From Tubiluchus corallicola (lineage: Eukaryota > Animalia > Priapulida), in the NCBI GenBank assembly GCA_030141605.1, contig JAQGDQ010000041.1, positions 62,001 through 126,000 of the forward strand: DNA of 64,000 nucleotides, in the 5' to 3' direction. The translations under genes and the position numbers were made by a program. Below the pieces are notes generated by a model. That model made no database searches. It was given only the letters and a program-made list of their open reading frames with translations, and was not told where the DNA came from. Every line of letters starts with the position of its first letter. Position 1 is the first letter of the stretch. This document shows positions 38,501 to 50,159 of this stretch, one piece after another.

Positions 38501-41500
38501 AAAGATTAGCAACCTGATAAAGTCTTATACGGGGAGTAACATGGTCTTCACATTGTTAGGATAGATGTGATCTATTGTTTGTGTAAGTCTAGTGGGTCTT
38601 GTTACTAATGGTGTAAACTGGTTAGCAAATAACATGTTAATATAGTGTGATACAAAAGGCATTGTTTCGCATTATATCAAATTTATATGTATAGATCCGC
38701 AAATATAGCAAGTATAACATTTTAGTTAATATTCGTTAATATATTTTCAAGCATTTAGCATAAAAAAATTTCTAGAAAAATGGAAAATCCAAATTCAGGA
38801 AGGTTGTTAGGGTTAGGGACCATTAAAAGATTCTTTTCACGTATTTCTAAATCTGAACATGACCCTGAGGACAGCTAGTGATATTTACTATCGAATTGCA
38901 TGCTATGGTAAACAACTGGGTCACTTCGTCTGTTCAAATGACGCAAAGCTTACAATATCGTTTAAGGTTGTCAACTGTGAAATTTCTGTTTCGTTAAAAA
39001 TAAAATTTGTACATTCAAGAAGATCAGCATCCTCTAATGACTGACGGCCAAAAATTATGCAAAGCTGACAATAAAAAAATCGTTAAACAAAAAAATCATC
39101 ACAAGTTAGGAAGGCGCATCTAAGGTGACACCAGTTGTTACAATTATTGCAGAAAATACTATTTTGGTTATTTCTACAGTTTTTATAGCAAACTATACAT
39201 GGATACATTTTCACATCTTACATGGTACAGGAGAGTGCGGTTGAGTTTAGTCAAGGTTTCATTAATGTAAATCTGGTTTGCAGAAGAAAAGCCTAGCTTT
39301 CTAGCAGAGTTTGTATTATTTCTGGCTGCGTAGATTTTATCTCTGTCGTCTCTACGTACAAATTTAACTATAGTAGGGACAGGCGCTCCTGACCTTGGCC
39401 TTTGCAGCCGATGAGAAGGTGCTATAGCTCATTGACTCAAATGTACATTTAGCTCTTCGCAAACTCTCAACAAGGTCGTTGATACATTCTTGTTGTGCCT
39501 GAGGTATCCCAGTAATTTCCAGCTTGTGACTCCTATCGTACTGCTCTACATCACATTGTTTCACTGTACTGTAGATTTTTCCACATTTACTGTACTTCTG
39601 ATTTGGCTGCAGTTGTTTTCAAAATTATGTTTTCTTGTTCAAGAATGGCTATAGTTTCTCTATCCTTCATGTTTTGCTTTTTTTATCTCGTCATACTTTT
39701 TGCTTATAAATTACTGGCTTCTAATTAGTTCATTAATGTCTGTTTTCACAGCTGAGATTTTCATGTCAAGAGACGTTTAAACTGCTATAAATTCTATTAC
39801 CGATCCCTCTTCCTTGGCAATTAACAAAGATTGAATACATTCTGACTCAGTATTAGTAGGATTCGCGTTTGAAAATTCAGATTGAGTACTAGTGCTAGTA
39901 TTACTGGTTGAATCTACTTCCCTTTGCTTACTACTGCGAGTGGATATTACTACTTCACGGTGTCAATTTAGGTACTTACTCAAATGCACCGCCTTCTTGA
40001 TTTCTTGATAAGCAATCTACGCACAGTTATTATCACAAAACCTCACAGATGAGTAATGTTTGCCAATGCAGGAAAAATTCACTAAACCGTCAGCAGAGTT
40101 TGTTTACCAAGTTTGTTTACTAAACACTGCGCCATAATTTGAATAGACGTAGTTCCAAGTTCCAGTTTATCTCTATCGTTTTGTTTCCAGCACACAAAAT
40201 TTCGGTATGCATCGCTTACTTGGTTTAAGAAGACCTTTATATACAAAAATATCGTAACCGCTTCTTTCCACTTTGTTTTCTTTTAAACGTTGAAATTTTG
40301 AGATTTTGTAAGAAAGATTTTTGTTTTCTCCCGCCACTTAGCACCAATTTATCCTTACTAAATAGCTAGTAGCAGAGCGCCAATTTATATAAAAACTAGA
40401 ATGTAGAAGCCCATCTTCTTTCTTATTTAAGAAAGAAGTTATTAAAAACGTTATTAATTGGTAGATTAAGTGTTTCTTCTATAGCGCCATGATTTTGCTA
40501 ATTGATTTTTTCCAGGCACTTTAATGATTTTTTACATAAAATTCCCGTGTTTTTAGAAGAATGTAAGAACCCAAGTGCACCGCAGTGGACTGAAACAACG
40601 CAGTTGCACATTCCTCTCGCTAAAGAATTGGGCAAAACCAGAGGTGTACCGATAATTGAAAAAGAGTATAACAATATGGAAGTCAATCCCCTTTTATATG
40701 ATGACCCAAACATTTACTACATGCCTGCTATGGTGGATCATGTGGAATACGTGGATTACTCTTATGACACCCCGCCAAACTCTCAAGATTATAGTCAAAT
40801 CCTGGATTATTACGGCGGACTGGACTATTCTCAAAACCCTATAGATTATGGGGCAGATTTTTGCAGCATAAATTTACCCTGGGAGACAAAAAGCTGTTCT
40901 GATCCCGTTTTTCAAAAATGGTGTCCTGCCCTTTGTGAACCTGGATGTGGTAAGCTAAATTTTATTTTGGCATTGCTATTATTTCTGCTGAACTACACAA
41001 TAACATTGTCATGTAATAAAATTGATCTGAGTTCGAGTCAGTCAATTCTGAGATTAGTCAATCTCGCGTACATACTTTAATAAATTCTGGATAAATTCTT
41101 TTATAGTTTGCCTGGATATATTTGATTTGGGTTGATTTGATTTGATTTAATCCAATGAGAATTATACGAAGCAAAATGACGAGACCTAGCTGAACCAATT
41201 ATATTTAATTCTACAAGATTTGACTGAGGGAGCTGGTTGACTAGTTTGGATGGGCTGGATTGGACTGACTAGACTGGACTGAACTACACTGGATTGAACT
41301 GGGCTGGACTGAGGTGGACTGGACTAGACTGGATTGAATTGGATTGGACTGGACAGGATTGAGTGGATTGGATTGGATTCGACTCGATTGGATTGGATCG
41401 GTCTGAACAGAATCGAACTTGTCTGGTCTGGATTGGACTGTATTGCGTTGGACTGGATCGGACTGACTGTATTAAGCTGAGTTTGATTGGATTGGATTAA

Positions 41501-41690
41501 ATTGAATTGAATTAAATTAGATGGACTTGAATTTGTTTGGAATGGGTTGGAATAGGTTGAGTGGGGTCGAATTGAGCAGTGTGAATGCAATTGGACTTAT
41601 TCGGTCTAACAGATATGTATTTGATCGCATTTGTGTTTTGCAGTTAATCTAAACAATCTGAGAAGAAGCTTGAAGCGTGACAGACTATGA
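26552..41690 (+). CDS. Secreted CAP/SCP (CRISP-like) protein with hinge, EGF-like and interrupted ShKT-like domains (~416 aa)
   Basis: Exons, phase-consistent, 1251 nt: 26552-26606, 30544-30698, 32520-32783, 34304-34416, 35190-35278, 36399-36431, 36666-36767, 40557-40949, 41644-41690. CAP motifs: LSKEEQADVLSAHNFYRR..ANMNKLGWDQKLA.EAE, RRWFEQ, TTRVGCG, VCLYKPG. Hinge: FETGAPCTKC..FCEKGLC. EGF-like: CRKTC..GLLDMSTCTCTC.FG.GPNC. ShKT-like: C..C..CSDPVFQKWCPALCEPGC. The first exon is less certain; it may extend upstream via ATG|GTAAGT at 25642-25644 spliced to 26498. Confidence 0.85.
28694..29929 (-). mobile_element. Degenerate DNA-transposon relic: ~36-bp inverted termini enclosing an hAT dimerisation-domain fragment
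   Basis: CAAACAAACCTGCAGTGTTTTTTAATTACAGAATTAC (28694-28730) is the near reverse complement of 29894-29929. Minus strand about 29485-29560 reads IKTYLRSIISQERLNNLAML, the hAT C-terminal consensus (KTYLRSTMSQERLNxLA). Confidence 0.6.
30085..30240. repeat. Short degenerate tandem repeat (CATTATGTAACAAAA core)
   Basis: CATTATG(T/C)AACAAA variants recur about five times. Confidence 0.6.
38870..40130 (-). mobile_element. Degenerate 5' fragment of a CR1/L2-like LINE (ORF1 plus ORF2 N-terminus) in a CAP-gene intron
   Basis: Minus strand shows a coiled-coil segment (DINELIRSQ.FISKKYDEIK), EQYDRSHKLEITGIP (ORF1 EQYSRxNNLEIxGIP motif) and QIYINETLTKLNRTL (IYINEHLT motif), with stops and frameshifts. 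A DP..SKY-like ORF2 start lies near 38900. Boundaries are approximate. Confidence 0.7.
41125..41580. repeat. Degenerate pentanucleotide repeat (GGATT/GGACT/GAATT)n
   Basis: Tandem 5-mers read directly; source of ORF 41324..41590. Confidence 0.9.
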
Positions 41691-41984
41691 AGTGAGGACA
41701 CACCAAACACCTTGGATAATTTGTAGAATTTCACAAAACACAACTAACGATAAATTACTGATATTTTTAATTAAGTTATATTCAACTACGCATTTTACAG
41801 TTTTATTTGGAGCTATAAGCAAATACGATTTTGATATCAACTTCTCTATTGTCAACTCGAAAAACTGAAGACGTTGTAACAGTTACATAAGCACATTTTG
41901 CAATATACGTATCAATTATTCAAACCAAAAAGTACGTTGATTCACTGAAAAGCCGATCGTTTAACATCGGTTAAAGTGTTAGCT

Positions 41985-42050
41985 AGTCAATTAATCGATC
42001 AGTCAGCCAGTCAGTCAGTTAGTCAATCAGTCAGCCAGTCAGTCAGTTAG
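41985..42050. repeat. (CAGT)n tetranucleotide repeat
   Basis: AGTC/AGCC tandem units. Confidence 0.8.
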
Positions 42051-42524
42051 ACACCAGTTATCGTTTGTTAATCACTGTTACGAATTAAGTAAATCATCAG
42101 TCGAGTGATCAATCACTTTCGATTATTTAGGCGTTCTAGACTTAATCACCAAAGAAGCATTACCTTGAACGCTGAAAATGTGAACAATTTTTGTTGATAA
42201 ATTTTGTAAAAAAAAATGGTTCCGTTATCATGCAAAAGTTCCTGTTAATATGATCAGTGAATTAATCATAATCGCATAAAATAGCATATGAAATAAAGAT
42301 GTAACATAGTGCTTTTTATAAGTAATTTTTTATCTTTACTTTGGCTAGAATTTTTTGTGCTTACAATATCTGCAAATTATTCACCATTACTTTGTTTACC
42401 TATACAACAAACAGTTAGTTCATTAGTTTTCAATGTACGCAAATTATTGTGTTAACTATGGTCACTATGAAAATTAGGTAGATCTGCGCGTACTCCAGTA
42501 AGCCACGTTTTGAAATAATTATAT

Positions 42525-45325
42525 GTCGTTTCGCCAGGACACAATTCGCCAGTGCTTCATTTCGCCAGTCTATCTTTTCGCCAGCGTATCCGCGACTAAC
42601 AGTGAAGACTTAACTGACTTAGAAGTCACCATTGACCATTAGATATCGACATGGTGTCAAATGAACTCTTTGTGAAAGGAAAATATAAGCCCAACAGGGG
42701 CGTGTCATATATCGCTGGGATTCGCAATGCAATGCAGAATCACGTGCACCAGCTACAAAAAGGCGATAAGCAAGATGCTAGATACCGAGAATGAGCAATC
42801 TGGATAAATTTTTGCTGTATGAGGCTCAGTTTCCGAGGTAAGGATCTTTTTGGAATAACTTAAAAAGGAGACAAGGCTACTCAAGCAGAATTCGCACACT
42901 TATAGCCAGGGTGCATGGCCACTCTGGCCTAAAGTTTCAGGTCGTCATCCTTTGTCCGCCGACTTATGACCCAAAAATTGTCGAAATATGTTCAATTTTG
43001 AGAAACCATTACTGCTACAAGAAGCACCACTATTCAAACGAAAAAAAAGCAAGTAAAGTACTATGCCTTGGCTACACATACCCTGCTCCGTTTTATCGGA
43101 ACCCTGAACCGCTGCCGTTTTGCAAAGCGTCAAACATGCCATTTCCATACAATACTTAATATATTGGACAATAGGTAAAAGCCGACATGCGGGTTTCCTA
43201 TCTGTAAACGGAAGCCAAAAGCCAAAAAAAAACACGTTACATAAAGAATTCACCATGAAACGTAGAATAAGCTGTGCTAAAAATTTTGTGCTCTTTTTTT
43301 TGCTCATCTGAAAATAACCGAAATTTGGCAAATTACATAAACGAGAAGTTTCCTTAATATATGATAGCAAATAACTTGAATTACATAGTTATCCCCTATT
43401 TAAATACAATGTATGTGGCTAACATTCTTTGGCTTTGGTCTTTGGCTTACTAGGTTGTTAAGCTATTATGACCTCGAGATCCTAATTTTTTCTGGACTTC
43501 AATCAGAAGTAAACTCTTATGTTACTTAAGGCAAAAGCGCCACCTGTCAGCCACGAGGAGATAGTCCAATCCTCTATCCAAAACCATGTGCTACACAGCT
43601 GCCACCTGTAAGCGGTTTCCGTGCTGCCGCCGTTACTAGACCCATGTTGGTACCACACTTAAACTTATGACAAAAAATCAAATCAACATGTTCAACTTGA
43701 AAAGCCGTAACTGTTGAAGGAAGCCATTTTCAATCACGTGGCTAACACTGAAAATAGATCTGTCATTATGCTACTAGGCTGAGAAGCCAATAGGACCTCA
43801 GGCTCCTAATTTTTACTTTTACCTTTAGGTTACTCAAGACTTACGTTATACAGAGCGTTTAAAGGAAACCATGTCGATACCTGCTATATAAGTATAAGAA
43901 TGGCACTAAGATGTGTCCAGAAAAACGGGGGTAGTGTAGCAGCCCTGTGGCGCGATGGTTGGCTCTGTGGCACATTATTGGATATAGAATTGAACGGACA
44001 ATCTCCACTTGGCGCCATCTTCGTAGGTAGTGCTTCTTGTAGAAGTAATGGCCTATCAAAAATGGACGTATTCTGGTGATTTTCGGTCACAACTTGAGCG
44101 GGTCAAGGGGTCATGACACGAAATTAAGCGTTAGGGTGACACTCTACTCTAGATACAAGCACACCAAATTTGGCCAAGGAAGCCCTGTCTAGCTTTCGTG
44201 TTATTCCAAAACGATGCGTATCTCGGAAACTAAACATCGCAGAACGAAAATAACAGCAGATCCTGAATGTCAAATTTTCGACCGAACATCCCCCTTTATA
44301 ACCGTTTCCCGGCTAAGCGAAACTCGACTCGCATTTTGATGCTGTACATCAGATTCTACGTTTCATTGCAAAGCCAATGATATATGGCATACCTCTGTAC
44401 GACTTACATGTCTTCCTTTCACAAAGCGTTTAAATGAAACCATGTCGATACCCAATGATCAATGGCCTAATGATTTCTAGGGTTAGTAGGCCAAGGCAAT
44501 TAAGTCACGCACGATACACTGGCGAAACGATGCACTGATTGAAAAGTGTACTCCTATCTAAATACTTACTGCACTATTTCTAACTACAACTGTTGAAACG
44601 ATGTACTGGTGAAAAGACAGACTGGCGAAACGATGGACTGGCGAAAAGATAGTATGGAGAAAAGATAACCAATATTAACAAAAACGGCAGTACGGCTTTG
44701 ATTTGGTACGATAAATCTGAAATAAATTTATTTTACAAAGTGCAATCGAAAAACAAAAAGAAAATAGTAACTGCAAAAATTTAGCGAAAAATAATAATGA
44801 TTAACAAATAGTAGAGATTAACAAGAAAGCAAATGGGTTGAGAAAACGACTGTTGATAGATTTAGTATTACGCATTTAAAATCAAGATTCAAGGGAAAAT
44901 ATACTATCGTTGCTTTACAAAATATTAGCAATAGATCGCATATGAAATTAATTATCGTCACTACATAATAATTAGTACTATAAATAGAATCATTTATGGC
45001 TACTTACGATTTTAGTGGCCTTATTCAAACACCACATTTTCAGTAAGATATAGGTCGAAAACCAGAACTACATGTACATTACAACAAGGTATGTGCGAAA
45101 TGACAACGACAGGTCTGCAGAGATTACAGTTTACAGGCGTTTGGTAATTCAGTTTCAAGTGGTAATGTATAGTAGGGATATACAGTCGCGTTCACAGATA
45201 GGCTGGCGAAAAAATAGACTGGCGAAACGATGCACTGGCGAAAAGACAGACTGGCGAAACGATGCACTGGCGAAAAGATAGACTGGAGAAAATATAGACT
45301 GACGAAAAGATGGAGTGGCGAAAGT
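42525..45325. mobile_element. Non-autonomous long-TIR (foldback-like) DNA element with subterminal ACTGGCGAAA arrays
   Basis: 42585-42745 is a diverged reverse complement of 44350-44520 (shared TATCGACATGGT..AAC.CTTTGTGAAAGGA..CATATATC..GCAATG..AGAATC). TTCGCCAG repeats at 42525-42590 mirror CTGGCGAAA arrays at 44515-44660 and 45200-45325. No transposase ORF. Confidence 0.6.
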
Positions 45326-47163
45326 GTGTGATTAGCTTTTGAAATCAAGGTTGGTCATCATGCGTTAAATCTGAAATTAAAACATTAATTTTTTCTGAGA
45401 TACATGAAAAATATTTACAGAATGTACATCACTTTGTCTTACAAATGTACAAGAAGTTGCACTAGAATTTTAGGGATTTTTAGAACCTACATATTTGTCT
45501 CAACTATCCAATCCAAAGTGGTTCAACGCCCAGTCACTATACCTTTAAAAAGTCTAATTATGAAGGTTTGGCGCGAGTTTGGCCTTGCAGGTTTTTAATT
45601 TTAATTCATATTAATTCGCATGTTGTGGGAACAGTTTTATTACTTTAGTTTGTCATATTTATTAGCATTCATACGTTATATATATATGTATATATATAAG
45701 CAAGTAGTATTTAATAAACTGTTGTCGTTTTTATACTCAAAAATCTTTTTTTTCACTTGTTAAAAGCAGTTTAACTGGAAAATTTTATTTGACCTTAAAT
45801 ATAAAAATGTGTTCTTGCCAACAGAAATTATAGAAGTCTGTCTTATTATAAATTCGTTTATTAGAACGGGCATGTGCGTGCCCCACATCGACATTCAGAC
45901 CTTTTCTAAGAAAACTGGATTTAAACGTGAAAATTTTGCCCTCAAAGTATCACAAAACAAGAAAATCTTGTAAGCCTTGACAAGTTGCTCCGGGGCGTAT
46001 TTACTGTGTCCATTCATTGGCAATTAAAACATAATTGTAAAACTAAACTGCTTAGGTATGGGAAAATTTCACTTAAAAAAAGTGCACAGAACGCAGTGCT
46101 TTGTGTCATATTATACGTTTACTTGATACAAAAATTTGTTCTTAATTATTCATTGAGCGAGGTCGGTATTAGCGTGTGTATTAGAAAGGTGTGCGTTAAG
46201 TTAACTTAACTGTAATGCTAACACGTAAAACAAACCATTTCCGACCAGAGACCTAAACACCATGTCAACTCCGTGTTAAGTCTGTGTTAGTGTAACAGAT
46301 CTGTGTACAGGTCTGTGACATAACAGTAGCTGTTACGGCTTATGTCAGGTTAACTGATTTTTAATTTAATCCGAGCAAAGGTAAATATGTTAACCTTGTT
46401 TTTCACTAAATTCACGTCTCGGACATTTTTTCTGTGGCAAATAATACAGGGTATCTCTTTAGTTTCCACTCTATTAATATAGTCCATCTAAACTCTTTTA
46501 AATATCTCAAAGAAACTTTTAAAAATTTCATTCACTAAGTGATTAAGCTTTTATTACCCCGAAATTGAGGTCGCAAATAGAACTGTTAACAATTAACTGA
46601 CCAGAGATGGATCTGTCTACTTCTGTTTTCACTAAATTTGTTGGAAAGCGGCTTTGGGCTCCATGATAACCGCTGCCTGTGCTAACAGACCTGTTAACAC
46701 TTGCCTTAATCTGGGGCATTCTGAGCTAAACATTTGACCTACCAGGACAGATCTCTTAACAGAACAGTAACACTAATACTAACACATCGCTAATTTGTCA
46801 TGCCAAAATTGTTTTTAGTTTTTACACACATAAAATCGCATGCACGTAGCACACGCTTATTGATTTTTTTTTTGGTTTTAACCTTAAAAGTATTAACTGG
46901 TTGATTGGGTGTCTGGTCGATACTTTGGATTACTTGAATGATAGTAGACCAGGAGCCGGTCCACTAGCTGCCAAAACGGGTGATTGGACGAAGTTCGACC
47001 AAAAGCGTTGATTAGAAAGCTCCAGTAAAATTAAAATTTGCTGTCATCACGTGTAATTAATAAAAAAGCCAACGGCTACATTTTAGACATGCTGAAACGG
47101 GACCTAATGCAACCTTTAACATCATCACGACCATCACCAGCAATTATTAACGACATGCGAATC

Positions 47164-47242
47164 TATAAATAAGCTGTAAATACGACCGGGAAGTCCTACA
47201 ATACCATAGGGCCACGGATACGGTTGTGACGTTGAGGTAAGT
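47164..47242 (+). promoter_or_regulatory. Candidate TATA box and non-coding first exon of the MMP gene
   Basis: TATAAATA at 47164-47171, then a consensus donor GAG|GTAAGT at 47237. A matching acceptor tttactgtag ends at 50100, 59 nt before the MMP ATG. Confidence 0.4.
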
Positions 47243-50159
47243 CTGTGTAATTAGCATGGCAATGGAATATGGAACTAGACAAACGAAATGAGACAATATT
47301 TCAATGGCTATGCAAGTGAAGAATTTTTACATATAAACATGGTCCGAAATTTACGTGACGCAGAGTTGAATGGGATGTTAACGTAGGGTGCCATTCTCAG
47401 TTTGTAAAGTTAAATTGTTGACCAATCTAGTTCGTTTATTAGAATTTCAACGTATAGTGATTTAATTGTTAATACCAGTAATACCGTCTAACTATATATC
47501 CGTATTGCCACAAATAAAATTATAGTTGTTATCTGTGTTAGTCGTGTATGTAAGTCAGGTCTGTTAAAGCAAAACTGGACCCAATCTCAAACTGTAGGTC
47601 AAAACAATCTACTCTTTCAAATATTGAAAGGAAACATACTATGTTTTTCAAAAATGACTTACCCGAAAGAATTATTACCACACAAACACAATTTCGCGTT
47701 CGCGCCACTAGTTCTTTGCTGCTACATGCATTTCGCCATTCGCTTACTTAGACGGGCACTCGCGCATGCATTTCGGAAATGCATTGCACAAAAAAACAGG
47801 TGCTGTATCTCTCTATTCAGATGTGTCAGATGAGTGAACACAGCGGTAAATTTGAAATTTGAATTTTTATCTTAAAACTTGCCTAGTTTTAGTACACTGA
47901 ACACACTGAATATCTTACAGTAGCACTGTACTTCAATTTTCGCTCTCGCAAACACGTGCAATACGCCTTGCGGAATATCTTTGCTGTTGAAAATTATGTT
48001 AATTTGTGACGTCATCAATAGTTAGGCTCGCCCGCCGTTAATTTAATTTTTAATCTATAATTTAATTATCAGAAACGCTTTTGCAGTATTAGTTGTGTTG
48101 AAAATATATATTCTTTATCGGATCTGAAAATGTGTAGTATATGAAAAATCATGCTGTCTTCCTTTAAATTAAAACTACTTATTGATTCATGTGTGTCAAT
48201 ATTTAATGTATCCCTCAATCTATTTTCCACAAAATTCTGTATCTATGTAAATGAAGTTTCCGTTTAACTAAATATCTGAATTTATAATTGAAATTGTACT
48301 TGCTATCTGTGTTAATGTTGAATGTCTGTCAGCTCCGTTAATTTTAAGTTACTTACTCGAGTGTCTGATTAGCATGTACATTTGTGTAACTCTCTGTATC
48401 AATGCTAATATATTCGAATGCGGCTGTTTCAAAACATCGAGGAGCTAGTATCTTTATACATTTTGTTTTTTTTTTAATGAAGACCTATCCTAATTATCAT
48501 AATAACGATAACTGCAATTTTCTACGTTAATTTTCTAAAAAGATTTAAAGATTAAAGTATCCAAGCTAATGTAGATGTAAAAAGATGTAAATTGTTTAAT
48601 TAGCAACGCACATTTAAGACAAACACGATGTACAGATTTCACACTTTTAACCCAAGATTTTTATAACTCTACAGGTGGAGCTCAGTCTAGTGACCGTAAT
48701 GGTCACCATATCTTTATAAAAATCATACGGACATCGTCGACGTAATAACGAATTGTGTGACTGCTGCATGTCACATATCGCAAGAAAGTAGAAGTGACCA
48801 TAACTCAATACATCGCAGACTTTTTCCTGTTTACGTATGATAGGAAGAAAATGACTACAAAACGTTAGAAATCCCTTACCTGCGCCGTTCGCAAGCGCAT
48901 TCTTAGATTTATTGTAACAGTCACCTATAAAAAAAAACTTGGTTGATAACATTGGTTGGTCATTTCCTTTCTCTGCCATGTTGAATATTTATCGCACAAT
49001 CGCCGTTTTTGAACCAAAAGTAACCAGTCCCCTAGCGGACCTTTCAGTTATCGTTATTTTTTGGTCGACTTTTTTTATGCCGTGCAGTCACCCTTGCAGT
49101 CAATGCGCTTAAACGATTTTTTCTAGCGTAATTAAAACACTTTATTCTTGCAAACGTCCCTATTAGCTCATTTTTTTCTCCTTTACTCTTGTCAACTACC
49201 TATGGTGGTAATTATTCAAATTAAACATTTCTGAAAATTTGAAGGCCAACCAGAAATGCAAATGCATTGGTAAATTCTGCTGCTGTCACCAACATGACAA
49301 CTTCCTCTATTGCAAAAAGAAAGCTTTTATACTTTGACGTGAAAATTACATTGTTTGCCGCAATAAGATAACAACAACAAACACAGACATCTGCTAAACT
49401 GATAATTAGAAAGCTAAGCATTATGTAATTTACTCGAATGCGTTTCAAGTTCAATCTATGTGCAGACTTACATCTTCAATCGTCCTTGAAAAGTTTTTGT
49501 TTCCATTTTAAAAGACGGTTCATGAAACGAACATACCCTGTACAATAATTTTGTGTGTGTACATATTGCTTGTATAGTCTATAATAAATAGGCTAGGTAG
49601 TTTTTAAATTAGTGTAATCTTTGAGTTAATATAAAATGTAAACGATTTTTCTGTTTTATAGCAAGTTTCAGTGAGTCTAAACAAAACCAAAAATGGCTAT
49701 ACCATTTAGACCCAAATTTCTCTCTAAACTAACTATGGGCGTATATCCCAAGTATTTTGAAAAATAAGAATACTTTATGCAGTACTTGTTGGGCTACTAT
49801 TAAATTGCTCTGCAACTTTTTTGAATCGCAAATTCATGGCAAGATTTTGAGCCCCGGCTGTAACGTTAATGTTATCTGATCTTGTTCTTAATATCATTAT
49901 TCTATTATGATCGCAACGGTAGTATCAAATCGTTGGCCTTGACTTTGCTACGCTCTACATGCCAAGAATAACAACAACAACGACGAACCGCCAGTCTCCT
50001 CCATGGTCATATGACAAACAGAGCAAGAATAATCAGTATTCTCACTTTCACTTTCACAACTGTAGTGTTAACAATAAATACGTGGTGTGTTTTACTGTAG
50101 CTCAAAATTATTGTACGCTTCTAAGTGTTTGTACTGTGGTACAAGTGCATGTGCACAAT

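Noticed and set aside
45200-45325. Regularly spaced CTGGCGAAA repeats superficially like a CRISPR array
   Set aside because: Period is about 15 bp with no unique spacers, no cas genes, and a eukaryotic context; treated as a transposon subterminal array.
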